Source: Harriotta raleighana (Eukaryota). Taken from it: DNA of 64,000 bases. The notes under the pieces were generated by a model. That model was not told the DNA's origin, made no database searches, and saw only the letters and a list, made by a program, of their open reading frames with translations. Location of the stretch: the NCBI GenBank assembly GCA_050575255.1, contig JBNZDD010013646.1, positions 2,433,229-2,497,228 of the forward strand, read 5' to 3'. The position numbers and the translations under genes were made by a program. Position 1 is the first letter of the stretch; the number at the start of each line of letters is the position of its first letter. This document shows positions 51,234 through 64,000 of the stretch, in pieces.

Positions 51234-52939
51234 TTCTTTAAATAGAAAAACATCCAGTAAATATTCTTCTTTATATAAACGTAAATAAACGAATAAAAGT
51301 GGAATTAATGTATGGAGCAAATTAGTTTGAACAAACATGTTTCTTAGTTGCTTATGTGCAAAATATCATGCATGAGCTTAGGTGCAAAAGGCACCTTACT
51401 ACTCCAATTCAAATCTATATCANAAATTAGTTTGAACAAACATGTTTCTTAGTTGCTTATGTGCAAAATATCAGGCATGAGCTTAGGTGCAAAAGGCACC
51501 TTACTACTCCAATTCAAATCTATATCACACATTGTCACACAGATATGTAATTGAATATATATATATCCAAACAAAATGTGTCTCACTATTAAATTGCAGG
51601 ATTTTCTCTTTGTCTTTCTTAAATTTATACAGAATAATATGAAACTCTCAGAAGTACCTCTTTAGGAAAATGCATCTTTCTCCCCCATTTCTAGTACATT
51701 TGCATTCCCTTGGTGTTAGCCTGTAATGGCAGGTTTCAGCAGCAGCGAAAGCAATTGCTTAAGGAATATTCTCACTTTGGCAGCATCAGTGATTAAAGCC
51801 CAAACAGTTCTGAGGCTGCCCTGCGGATCAACTAATTATGCTTTTCAGTAATTAAATTTCATATAATGTAATAGACAGGAAAATATAACCAGCAGATTTT
51901 CTTGTGGGAAAAAAGTCACTGCAGTTATGAATTATGTTTGCTAGATAACCTATGTGCTCACTTATTATATTACTGCAATACATAGCAGTAATATAATAAG
52001 ATACAACATCCATTGATATCCTGGAGTCTCCCATTGGAAGATGAAGCACAAATTCTCAGTTCAGTGCTACATTTCAAATAGGATGTCTGGCAATTCAATT
52101 GCACTTCAGCGATTTATTTCAGATCACCGTAGATGTAGATTTCTTGGGATCAATGACCTAAGACCTAGCAGATATTATAATATGGGCTTCAATATCTGAG
52201 AAGGAGAAATTATATGGCAAACCGACCAATAAAAGTGCAAAGTTGTGAAGCTGGGATTTGCTGCGAAAGTTGTGTGGTAATCAAGGATAGTTTTAATTAA
52301 AAATCAAAGATATGACATGAAAATTATAAACAAATGGAATGGGCTAAAGCTCCAAACATGTTAGGATTTTAATTTATAACATTTTCTTTCACATGAAATA
52401 ATAATCATGCTTGCATTTAATATGGTGGCTTACCATGTCAATCAACTCATCTCAAAGCACGTCATAGGATTTTACTATAAACTGTAGAGAAAGTGACAGT
52501 CAGTGACGGACCACTTGGACCTGACAGATTGTTGGCCAAGATTTTAGGTGAATCTCCCTTCACGTTTCTTTTTTGCTGGCTAAGAAAGTGGAGTGGGGTG
52601 GTGGTGGGGGAGCAGTATGCTGGAGTTGTGATGCAGTCACCAAACAGAATTGCAAACACTGGGCAAAAATCCCAACTTTTTACAATTCAGGCGAGTGGGA
52701 TCACTCAGAGTTTGATCACAGAGAAGCAGGAAAGGCTGGAGTTCTTATGCTCGAGGCTGCCCATGGTGAGCTGCCTGTAGCGTGTCCCTTGCCTTACATG
52801 TGAGCAAGGCCTGAAACGAGGCTATCACTAAGTGGGGCTCAATGGTAACTCAGGAATGGGATCCAATGCCCCCAGTGATGACCAGATCCAACATAGAGAC
52901 TGAGGTTAAAGGGTAGCTGTGCCCAAAGTGTCATTGCAC

Positions 52940-54540
52940 CATCGCTGACTCCCCTGATTAAAATCTGAGCTCATGTCATCACATCCGGTCCCCATTTTTG
53001 AATTTTTGACCTTAGATTCTCACTGGAACTAAAGCATAATCTCCCTCCCCCCATGGTGATCCACACCAATGGGCTAACCATGCCATGCTGACCTCCTCCC
53101 CCGATTCACAGACATCATAAACTCCTCCCTGTCCACTGGCACTGTTCCCACTCCAAAAAGCGTTGTCATCACTCTCAACTTAAAAAAAAAACACCCTTAA
53201 AGTAGCCCTGCTCTCAAACTACCATTCATCTCCAACCCACCATTCCTTCCTAGTGTCCTAGATTGAGTTGTTCCTTCACATCTTCAATCCATCCACTTCT
53301 TCCACTCATTTCACAAATCCTTCCAATCAGCTTTCCGTGTCACTAACAGCACAGAAACAGCATTGCTTTCCACCTGTGACCAGGGCTCCCTTTGCCTCCT
53401 TATCTACATTGACTTCTCTGCTTTGTTTAATATCATTAACTACTCTATGCTCTTCCACTGCCTCTCCTCTCACCTCAACCTACATGGTTTTGTCCTTGAA
53501 TTGTTCAGGTCCTACGTCTCACACCGTCTCCACTTCATCTGCACAAACCTAGTTTCTCCTCCAGCCCTCACACCATCTTGAATAGCATTCCTCAGGACTC
53601 TATCCTTGGTCCCCTCCTCTTCAAAATCAATCTGCTCCCTCTTGATGACATAATCTACAGACATGCGGTCAACTTCCACGTACATTTGGATGACTCCCAA
53701 CTCTATCTCTCTGCCTCGACCTTTATCTTCAGGACCACTACTGTCCTGACAGAATGTTAGGACAGAGTCCTAGACATTAGGTGAGTCCAGACATTGAGTC
53801 CAAGGTGATATCAAGCTTTCCACAGTTCAAAATCAACAAGACCAAACCACTCCTGATTGGCCCTTCACAACTCAGGCACTGACAGCATCACCATACATCT
53901 CACTGAGCCAGTGCAGAACATTTGCATCTTATTTGACCCTCAACTATCCTTTCTGCCCCACATCCTTGCCATGACCCATTCTGCCTTTCCCCCATCTCCA
54001 CAACATCATGCAGTTCTGCCACAGTCTCACACTGTAGGCCGCTGAGACCCTCATTCACACATTGATAACTTCCAAGCTGGACTATGCAAGCTCCCATCTT
54101 GTTGACCTCCCCAACGTTTCACTAAACAGGCTACAGATCATCCAGAATTCTGCACCCCATGTCCTCTTTCACACCAGGCTCCATGATCCTATCACCTCCA
54201 TTATTGCCCGACTCCACTGGCTTTTTATCTCACAGAGAACATAGCTCAAGCTTCTGATTTTCACTTTCAAAGCCTTCCATGGCCTTGCTACCCTTTGCAA
54301 CTTTCTCATCCCCTACCAACCTGCCTGCTCCCTCTGCTCAGGTTCCGGCTTGCTCCACAATCCCAAACATTAGCGGGTGGGCCTTCAGCCACTCTGTCCA
54401 CACCTTCTGAATTTCCATCCTAGAGTATCTCTGCCTCATCTCTCCCTAGCCTCCTTTAAGGCCTATTTCAATCACCTTCTCCCCCTCACCCACCCCTTTC
54501 TTCCAACTTCCCCAATCCAAACCTCCAGCTGTTATTGTTG
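52940..54540 (+). mobile_element. Longest L2 ORF2 remnant in the window (decayed)
   Basis: IPQDSILGPLLF, HAVNFHVHLDDSQLY, ITSKLDYASS, RLQIIQNSA, ARLHWL; many stops and frameshifts. Confidence 0.85.
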
Positions 54541-55366
54541 ATATCTACCTGAACAGGCAGACAGGATCAGATTTCAAAGAAGCATTTTAACAACAACTTA
54601 CATTTATAACAGCCTTCACATGGGATAGCATTTTGCAGCACTGAAGGTTGGCACCTCTAACAATAGAATGATCTTCCACATTGGACTGGAGCATCAGCCA
54701 AGTCTGTGCTATATAACATGAGGATTGAAAATGCTCCTCTGTTAGCTATCAGCCACTGGTAAAAACATCTCATATTTGCAATAGGACATTTTTAAAAAAT
54801 CATATTGATCCACAAGACCTGGCTTCTGAGATGATGTTGGTTTGGAGCCTGGGACATTTGATTCAACTTGAAGTATATGAAGCCCCCTTTTGGTAAATGT
54901 AGTTAATGTCGCAAAGTATTTTTATTTCTAGTGGCAAGGCACCACCAGTATGCAACTAACTATTTTCAGACAAGCACTCTTTCAACCCCAATGACTGTAT
55001 CTTTCATGATAGTTTACATAAAGCAATGCGTTATTGATAAAATAATTTGCTTCTAATAAACCAGTTGCAGTAATAATAATCAGATCTAATACTTCTGAAA
55101 CTTACGTAATCTGAATGCAGTATAATATTTTTACAAGTTATGATTTCTCTTGTATCCAATTGAAAAGCATACAGAGTATCCACTTCCAGTACATTGTTAT
55201 CTTCACTCTGTGACTGGTAGCTAAGAATAGTATGAGAGCAGCAATGGCTGACTTCCTATTCTGTTGGATGTACACTTCAATGGGAGTGATATGAAAGGGT
55301 GCAGAAGAAGCATAGGGATTGGGGAGTAGAATAGAAGGTATTAGCTTGGCTGAGCGGATAGCATTT

Positions 55367-56050
55367 ATAGAATCATATAATTATATAGCATAGAAGGAGG
55401 CCATTCGACACATTGTGTCTGTGCTGGCTCTTTGAAAAGAGCTGTCAAAATCATTCCCACTCCCCAGCTTTCTCCCCATAGCCCTGCAAATATGTCCTCC
55501 CCAAATAATTATCTACTTCTTTCTGTGGAGTCCTGTAGTTCAGTGGTAAGAGCACTCGCCTTACAAGTGTGAGACCTGTGTTCACATCCAGGCAGGTCAG
55601 GGCAAAACCGTGGGCAAGTTTCCTTGCTCCACAAGTCTATAATAATCCCTCCAAACAAACACAATACTAAAATTGGTCATTTCAATCCATGACTGTTTGT
55701 GGGACACTGCTGTGCACAATTGGCTGCCACGTTTCGCCCACACATATACAGTCAGTTCACTTTATAGCATATTCTGTGAAGCGCTTTGAGATGTTTAGAA
55801 GATGTGAAAAGTGCTATATCAAATTCAAGGATTATTATATTCATTAAAAGTTGTTACAGAATTGGCTCCACCACACATTCAGGCAATGCATTCCAGACCC
55901 GAACAACTCTCTGCGTGAAAAGATTTCTCCTCACCTCCCCTCTGTTTCTTTTAACAACTATTTTAAATCGGTATCCTCAGGTTACCGACTCACTCGTTGG
56001 TGGAAATGGTTTCTCCTTGTTTATGCTATTGAATCCCTTGATCATTTTGA
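55367..56050 (-). mobile_element. CR1-type LINE 3' fragment
   Basis: atagaatcat...gaaggaggccattcg and ttcaggcaatgcattccagac. Interrupted by the SINE at 55524-55840. Confidence 0.8.
55524..55840 (+). mobile_element. Full-length Deu-domain SINE nested in a CR1 fragment
   Basis: gtggagtcctgtagttcagtggtaagagcactcgcc...gtgggacactgctgtgcacaattggctgcc...aaggattatta. Confidence 0.9.
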
Positions 56051-58287
56051 CAGGACTTTAAACTCATGTAAGTCTCAGTTGATACTTCAGAACAATGTTG
56101 GAATGCTTTGCATTGTTGGAGAGGCCATCCTGCAGAAGAGAAGTTAATCCAACATTGCACCAGAATGTTCAGATGGATATTACAGATCGCATGGCATTAT
56201 TTAAAGAGAAAAGCTCTTGTCATCTCCCACAGCAGGCTCTGTGATCCTATTGTACCCAACACTCACCCAGCCCCATTGGCTCCCCATCCCTTAGAGGATT
56301 AAGTTAAAAATTCTCGTCCTCACCTTTAAGACACTCTATGGTCTTGCCCTTTCCTACCTCTCCAACCTGCTAACCCTTTATCAATCTGTCCACTTCCTCC
56401 ACTCTGCAGGCTACAACCTGCTCCATGTCCTCTGCCCGGCCGTTAGTGGTCGGGCCTTGAGTTTGTTGAAATCACAAAAAAATTCCCTTATCAATTTGAC
56501 CTCAAATTAAAATGTATCCATCCCACAAGCAAGCATTATGTATAACACATGCATTTTTCTTCCTTTTGCCTTGATGGAGTATTCTATATTTTTCAATGAT
56601 TCTCCTGTGGTGAAATTATACTGTAAATTTATTAATCTCGGAAGTATGCTACTATTACTGCGCGATGAACAAATACCAGCAGTGCCAGTCATTTAACTCC
56701 CGATGGGTCTTAAGCACAATCCTACTGCACCAGTGTGTCATCTCTATTGGAGCCTGTCTGAGTTGAACCATCAACTTTGTGCTGAGAATTTGTGACCACT
56801 AGGAACTAGGTTGAAAATGCTGACAAACATTTGATACAGGACTCCTCAAGCTTCCAGAAAAATTAAACTTTCAGCCAATTGATCAGCCTAAAATTGAAAT
56901 CTAAAGATTAAAGGGTATAATTGTAGCTCTGCCATACAATCATCCAATCTAGTCAGTATGCTTAGGGTTTAAGTTATATACTTTATCGTACATTGTGTAC
57001 TTTATATAGGTGATGTACTTTATTATGTCTGAACACTGATCACTAATAATAATTCTTGCAGTTGGTATAGCGCTGTTAGCGTCCAATGAGCTCACTGAAT
57101 TTACTGTGAAATGGAGTGACTATACTTTGTGGGAAACTACAGCACCACAATTGCGCACAACAATATCTCACAAACAGTCATGAGGAGAATGATCAATTTT
57201 ATTTGGGGGATTGTTGGCCAGCACATCTGGACAAAGTTGCTTCTCCTTTCCAATAGTGCCATGGGATCTTTAATGTCCATCTGAACAGATACAGATGGGA
57301 CCTCGGTTTAATATTCATCCACGACAATGGATGGATCCAACTTTATTCTGTTGATTCATGTTACAATCATGTCACTTTGATGTCAATAATGCAGCTTTTA
57401 TTACAGGGTTTGGATGGATTTGTAAACGTTGAGTACTTTTGTGGAGTTTACACTTTTCAAGTAGACTCAGTTGAATAGTGGAAATTCTTCTAGATCCATC
57501 AAAACAGGATGGCTACTGTAAGAGAGTGTGGCATAAACTCATTTTCTGGCGGAATTCAATGTCCCACTTTGTCCCACTTTTGACTCCATTGCATCCTCAA
57601 TAAGATGTCTTTATACAAGCTGTCTAAATATGGCCATGAGTAAGAAGGAAGTAAAGAAGCCTACTCCAACATATTAATCTATTTCAGATTTATTTTGAAA
57701 ATATATTTTTTGTTGAAGACCAATGTCAGAAAGAGTGTTGTTAATGTATGGAATCAGTCCACCAGTTGCTGCTTGTTTTACTTGTCACAAATAGGAAAAT
57801 TTAAACATACTGTACCTAAGAAAGATGTCTCATTCTGAAACAAAGGTCATTTAAAAGCAAACAGTGAGGGGAATGGTGCAATTTTCAGTTGTAATTGTCC
57901 TTACTTCTACAAAAATACGAAAACTATGAACCACAAGTAATTCAAATTGTCTTATTCTGTGTGTTTGTTTAAGTTGATACTCTTTCTGACTGTAGGATGG
58001 CTACTGTATTACAACACACACTCCTTCTAGCCAACAGGGCAATTGGACAACCTTTGGCATGTCTTGCAACAGCACATCTTTGATACTAGCTACCAAGAGA
58101 CCTGAAAGATAATCCGTATGATGTTCTGTGTCTTCCGGGGTAAGTGCCTGGCATCTGCTCAGTATTCCCTTGTCAGTTTGGCTGTGTTTGAGAAACAGGC
58201 ATCTGGAGTACTAGCCTAAATCCCAGCACTCTACACTTGGCCTATACATCAATGTATTTAGTTATGTATCATCTAGTTAATGGATCT

Positions 58288-59131
58288 AGGAATCCTGTAG
58301 CTCAGCAGTTAGAGCATTTGGCTCACAAATTTGATTCCCAGCAGCGCAAAATCTTGAGCAAGTTTCTTTACTCCAGAAGCCTGATAATAATCCCTCGCGA
58401 AAAAATAACAATGAAAAATTAGTCACTTCAATCCACGACTGTTTGTGGAACACTGCTGTGCTAAATTGCCTGCTTTGTGTTGCCAACAAATATACAGTCA
58501 ATTCACTTTTCAGTATATTCTGTGAAGCACTTTGTCATATCTACAAGATATGACTCCATTCCCACCCAACTCCACTAGAGGATTCACAGAGGATTCAATA
58601 AAAAATCCTGGTCCTCAACTTCAAAGTCTTCCATTGCCTTGCTGCACCCTGCCCCTCTGACCACCTAACCTCCTACTAACTTCAGCACCTTGGGTCATCC
58701 TCCTGATGTGAAAGGCACTATACAAGTGTAATTTTGTTGTTGTTATTGTTGTAACTTGTCTGTTCCCTCTGATCAGTGGGCTCTGGCCTGCTCCATATTC
58801 CTGGATCCACCCACCCCACCTACCCATCAACAGGTGGGCCTTCAGCCACTCTGCTCCTAACATTTGGAATTCAATCCCGCAATCCCTCCACCTCTGTCCC
58901 TCCATTGCCTCCTTCAAGTTCTGCCTCAAGACCCTTCTCTTTGACCATGACATTGGTCAACCCCTTTCCATCCTTCCTTCCACCCTCCCCGATCCCGACC
59001 CCGACCCCAATGGGTCCAAAACATTGACTGTCCAGCGCTTTGGGAAATCCTCCCAACGTGACAGGCACTATACAAATATAATTTTGTTGTAGAAGATGTG
59101 AAAAGCGCTATTTCAAATGCAGGGATTATTA
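58288..59131 (+). mobile_element. Deu-domain SINE split by an L2 3'-end insertion (about 58553-59089)
   Basis: The SINE body stops at ...tacaagatatga. After the L2 (ttg)n tail it resumes with tagaagatgtgaaaagcgctatttcaaatgcagg. Confidence 0.8.
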
Positions 59132-61295
59132 ACATTATCTATATGAAGAGACTGGTAGTTCTATGAGTGTCAAATATGTGTGCAATTATGGAACACATAT
59201 AAATTGATAGTAATACGTAAATTTGATATTGCACTTCCTGTTTCACAAGGGTGTCTCATAACACTTCTCAAGATCTACTGTTAAATGTAATGATTGTGTA
59301 TTTAATCAATGAATTTGGCAGCCAATTTGTACAAAGCAATGTCCAACAAACACCCATGAAATTAATGATCAATTGTTTTGGGAAGATTGTTAACCAGGAT
59401 ATGAAGAGAGACTGCCTTCTTTCTGAATAGTGCCATGGGATCTTTAATGTTCACCCGAACAAGCAGACATTTCATCTGAAAGATGGCATCTCCAAAAATA
59501 CATCACTGCCCCTCTCAATCGCTCCCCCGCAGAATTGTATAGGACTTTCAGCCTCGTCTATGTGAATTCAACATCCATTGACTAATTTGCATCAGGGAGT
59601 GGGGTCTTGGTCTACCATCACAACTGAAGTAACTCACCTTCAACAATACAACTCCCACCCCATCCCTTCCAGCACTGCACTGGTGTATCAGTGTGGACTA
59701 TATGAGTTCCAAGTCACAACTGTCTGACTCATATGCAAAAATGCCACCATCTAAGCCATGCTGATACAAATTATGAAACTCTTATCTTTATGATCTGTCA
59801 GAGGAATAGGCCGATGGAGTTTACTAACTTTAGATTAAATACGCAAATAGGCAATTTCCACCACAAATATTGTGCAACCACATCAGATTGAGTACAGCAT
59901 CTCATGGGCACTTCACATCATGCCAGTTGGAGTCGTCCCCATTATCATTGTGAGGACAGGTGTTCTACCATACACTCTTTTTTCAGTGTTTGACATTTTA
60001 GTTTATCAGGGATTAAAACAGTCGACTTAGATTTCAATGTCCAGAGATGAAGAAACATCATAAGCATAATAAATAATCTTAACAGTTGGACAATATTATG
60101 TGGAAAAATGTTCAGGCAAATTGTGGGTTTGATGTTCCCTTTTTTTTTTGCAGTCAGAATACTGGCCAAAACTTCCTTTTCTTTTCGAATGGTGCTGTGG
60201 GAACTTTATCTTTTGCCAGAATGGGCAGATAAATACTTAGTTTATTATTTCATCTGTAAAGTAGCATCTCTGAGTATCTATGATATAAGTTCAAGTTCAC
60301 CCACAACTTTTTTACTCAAAGATGATAGTGCTATCAACCAAGGCAGGATATCCCTCAAACTGGCTCATTCAATGCACTACTGTGTGCATGTGCATGTGTG
60401 ACAAAAGTACACAGATACTGCACTTGACAGTATATTTTGTGAAGTGCTTTGAAACATCTCAATGGTGCAATAAAGGCACTATATCAAATACAAGGATTAT
60501 TATTTTTGTTATTAAATAGTATTATAATTTTAATATATATTAATGATCTGGATTTGGGTGAAAATGTTAAGTTTGCAGATGATGCAAACTTGGAAACATG
60601 GTAAACAGTGAGAAGGATGGCAGCAGACTGTAGGAGGACATGGACAGTTTGGTCCCTGGTCGCGATTTCTGATGTCAGGAAAGGAGGTGAAGTTGTAAGT
60701 AAGGAGACAGTAGGGATAGGGGTCAAGGGAGCAGGTGGTCGGTTCATGTGTGTCATGGTGGTGATGAGAGAGGAGGGGGAAACAGATTTGAAGATGTGGA
60801 GGGAGGGAGGAATAGGTAAGGGCCAGGGTATGAGATGAGTAGAAGTTGGGGAGGTGGTGGTAGATGGAAGAGCAGAGACAGCTGAGTGAATTCACTTGAC
60901 TTTGGGTTTGAGGAAGTCAAAATTTGAGGAAGTCAAAATGCAACTGAATTTCTATAAAACCTTGAAACAGCAACAAAATTACATATGTATGGTGCCTTTC
61001 ATGTTTGGAGGAAGTCCCAACAACTCGCACGTTTATCAAGCCCTCCATGCAGGATAGCATTTCAGATCGCTTACCAGTGGCAGAGTCTGACTCTGAGCTG
61101 GGTGGGTGGTGGCTGGGGGGTAAGGAGATGTAATTTTACCTATTATATTTGTACTTCCACATTAATGATGAAATGTAGCATCTCTGCACTCCCCGAACAT
61201 TTTACTGGAGTGTTAGTCTTGATTATGACCTCAAAATCCCAACATGGAGTTCTACAACTGCTAGCTGTCTCAGGAGTGAGAAAGCTAAAACTCGA

Positions 61296-61590
61296 CAAAA
61301 GGCAAAATACTGCAGATGCTGGAAATATTAAATAATCCAGGTCACTGGTAACACTCAGCAGGTCAGGAGAGAGGAAAGCGAGTTAACATTTCAGCCGATG
61401 CCCTTTCGTTAGAACTGGAATGCAGCAGATTCTAAGGACAAGCAACGAAGCCGACTTTTGGGGGAAAAAGACAAAGGAACAAAAAATAGGTGGAGGACAG
61501 GAGATGGTGGGATCAGGGGTGTTGAATGTGTAAGACAATAGAAGACAATAGTGGGGGAGTATAGAAGGAAAATATTTGTCTGAGATGATG
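61296..61590 (-). mobile_element. Penelope-like terminal fragment
   Basis: aaatactgcagatgctggaaat...actcagcaggtcagg...agttaacatttcag...ttcgttagaactgg, followed by purine-rich sequence. Confidence 0.6.
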
Positions 61591-61599
61591 TGAGCTGGA

Positions 61600-61880
61600 C
61601 TGACATGGTCTGATATATGGTGCTCTCATATACGAAACAGGTACCTCTCTTGAATGTGACTAGCGCTGTTGTGGAGATAATTTGGTTGACAAACTGCAAA
61701 CATGTTCTTGCAAAACAATTACATTATGACCATCACAAAAGGATTCAGCATCAGTGTGCTCCAGTTCTTTGCTCCTATTCCATGTTCCTGAAGATCCATG
61801 GGCATCTTGAGGAAACAGCCTCTGTTAGTGGCATATATGGAGAGGACAATACATGAACCAATGGAGCTGCCTCTTCCAGG
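61600..61880 (+). mobile_element. Probable PIF/Harbinger (HARBI1-like) transposase relic
   Basis: Eroded motifs in order: NVTSAV (VTxAL), TNCKHV (IDCTHV), TKGFSISV (RKGFHSINVQ), ILRKQPL (ILRNS). Several frameshifts are needed to join them. Confidence 0.4.
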
Positions 61881-62407
61881 ATGGATCTGTAACACCTGCA
61901 GGTAATGTGAAGATGAGATAACGCATAGGAGAAAGAAAGAAATGAAGCACACTCAGATAGGTTTAACTCAGCTAATTAAGTGGCTCAAATTAGACTGAGA
62001 CTCACAAAAAATTGGTTTGTAATCTTTCCCCGGAGTATTCTTTCAAACCTATATTTAATTGTAATTTATAGCCGCAGTGAAGTAAATTGGTATTTAATTT
62101 GTAAAGTACTGGGTGGCTTGGTTTTATCAAGGCTACTCCAGTAATTGGGTTAGCTGCTGGTTTAGTCAGTGTGTATCAATGTGCTCTTCAAACTAAGTTT
62201 CATTTCCTCTAGAAAATGCAATTGCTGTAATTTTACCCAAATTGGTGGTTTGTTTTCCCAGTAGCTGGAGTAATATTTCATCGTCTCCACTCTGAAAAAT
62301 TGTCAGGATGTTATCGTTCATATTAAATCCACTCCTAATGCTGGGGTCCCTCTTACTGGTGTAAACCACATGCTGTAATTACTAGCAATTTGGTCATCAT
62401 GTTCATT

Positions 62408-62709
62408 GGGAGTCCTGTAGCTCATTGGTTAGAGCACTCGCCTTGCAAGCGAAAGACCTGGATTCAATTCCAGGCAGAGGGCAAAATTTTGGGCAAGTTT
62501 CTGTATTCCACGACTGATAATAATCCCTCAAAAAAAAATGTGGTCACTCAATTAACGCCTGCCTGTGGGAATCTGCTGTGCGCAATTGGCTGCCACGTTT
62601 TGTCCACAAATATACAGTCAATTCACTTTACAGTTCATTCCATGAAGCGCTTTGAGACATCTAGAAGTTGTGAAAAGCACTATATCAACTGCAAGGATTA
62701 TTATTATTA
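62408..62709 (+). mobile_element. Full-length Deu-domain SINE
   Basis: ggagtcctgtagctcattggttagagcactcgccttgcaagc...gcaaggattattattatt. Confidence 0.9.
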
Positions 62710-63671
62710 ATTTCTGTTGTCAATTACCACACACAGTAACATTACTACAGACAGTAACTTTAACTCAGACAATAATATAATCACAGGGAATAACATTACT
62801 GCAAACAGTGCGGTCTAATTTATGAGAGGAACAAAAGGATTTAAATCCTTCAGGTACCCAGATGTGATGGAAGACAACTCTTTGGAATTCCACTCAGAAT
62901 ATGATTGATGCTAATTTCCTGTCAAGCATGAGAAGCCTCTTCAAAGCGTAACCTGTTTTTCTAGAAGACACATCTGAGAATGGCACCCAAGTAAAGTGCC
63001 AGTGGGTCAGTGTTCGTCATATCAAGTGCCTTCAAGATTTACTGACAAATCCTTTTGTAATTCTCACAAATTAAATCCTATGTGACTCTAGTCGGTGGCA
63101 TTCTGATTCGAGTCTTTTTTTGAATAAATGGTGTTTGATAATGATTCTTTTGGGGATTCAGATAAAATTCAGTTTACTGAGTCACAGTGCAAGGAACACA
63201 TACTATCATAACAACAATTTAAAATCACTACACCACTGGGCTGAGGATAATCTCTGCTCATGTTCATGCAACTCATCAAGTTGAGAAACTCAACTGTTCA
63301 ATTCCTCTACAAATCTGATCATCAGTTGCATGATAAACTGATGATTTTTTTGCAAAGAGGACAATAAAAAAGCAGGAATTAAAGAATTAATGTTTTACTA
63401 TATTTATTCAAATTGTACTTAGTCATAGCTTGTTAAGCCATTTTGTGCTGGATTCTAAGATTATAAAAAAGTGCGGAAAATTCTTAAATTCAGTCTTACT
63501 TTGGTAACATCAGTCTTACAGATCAAAAATCCCTTCCAAATAATGTTAAAATTAAGAATTTTCCACTATTTTGCAAGATTTCAACTAGAAGATGAAATGT
63601 TCTCACATACTCAGTGAACTTGTACTCGTCCTCCTGACGTGAAACGCACTCTATCAATGTAATTCTTGTTG

Positions 63672-63742
63672 TATGCCAGTGATTTACAAAGAGTCTCTTT
63701 CGAGAGAGATCCTAAAGAGACTCTTCTAAAATCACTGGCATA
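63672..63742. repeat. 71-nt hairpin (29-bp stem, 13-nt loop)
   Basis: tatgccagtgatttacaaagagtctcttt / aaagagactcttctaaaatcactggcata; 26 of 29 positions are complementary. Confidence 0.9.
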
Positions 63743-64000
63743 AAAATCAACAGTAATATATAGAGTCTGTTGTTGTGCTGTACACAGTGTGGAGACTTTT
63801 TTTTTAATGTTATTTGTTAAGACCAAGTTCATCAGAAGTTACAAAAATGAGTTGCCATAACTTTGTCTGACATTTGACTGAAGCTCATCTGGTGCAGGTG
63901 AAACATTACAAAACATTACATTTTTAAAAAATGGTCATTTCAATCCACAACAATTGGCCACGTTTTTCCCACATATACACAGTTAATTCACTTTACAGTT

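Noticed and set aside
52685-52905. Short matches to 7SL RNA (ggatcac, ggagttct, cactaagt, caacatag)
   Set aside because: The spacing is not colinear with 7SL, so the matches are probably chance.
55524-55610. tRNA-like sequences at SINE heads (also 247, 1802, 62408)
   Set aside because: They continue directly into SINE core and tail, and show no intact cloverleaf or Pol III terminator. They are not tRNA genes.
57996-58139. 144-nt AG/GT-bounded exon-like segment on the + strand
   Set aside because: Stops occur in all three frames and no protein is recognisable.
1-64000. CRISPR arrays, operons or other prokaryotic systems
   Set aside because: There are no regularly spaced repeat-spacer arrays. 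The DNA is vertebrate and repeat-rich, and the NIF3 copy is of the vertebrate type and embedded in host repeats, so contamination or horizontal transfer is not indicated.

Overview
AT-rich, repeat-dense vertebrate genomic DNA. The repeat set (tRNA-headed Deu-domain SINEs with L2-type tails, many 5'-truncated L2 and CR1 LINE fragments, Penelope-like fragments, TA-flanked Tigger/pogo-type elements) points to a cartilaginous fish, probably a chimaera/elephant-shark relative (inference). The only recognisable host-protein gene is an intronless, divergent NIF3L1 copy (about 47.9-49.0 kb, + strand). It has no internal stop but is frameshifted at a G10 homopolymer, has GTG at the ancestral Met and has lost a conserved C-terminal His. 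The ORF track does not reveal several other elements: a decayed retrovirus-type pol (tether, RNase H, integrase) at about 37.3-39.5 kb, minimal hammerhead-ribozyme motifs in Penelope-like fragments, a 148-bp near-perfect inverted repeat at 28.9-29.7 kb, a 71-nt hairpin at 63.7 kb, and a probable Harbinger transposase relic. Two N-gaps and several single-'n' joins with flanking duplications are assembly artefacts. All family assignments come from motif recognition by eye, and repeat boundaries are approximate.
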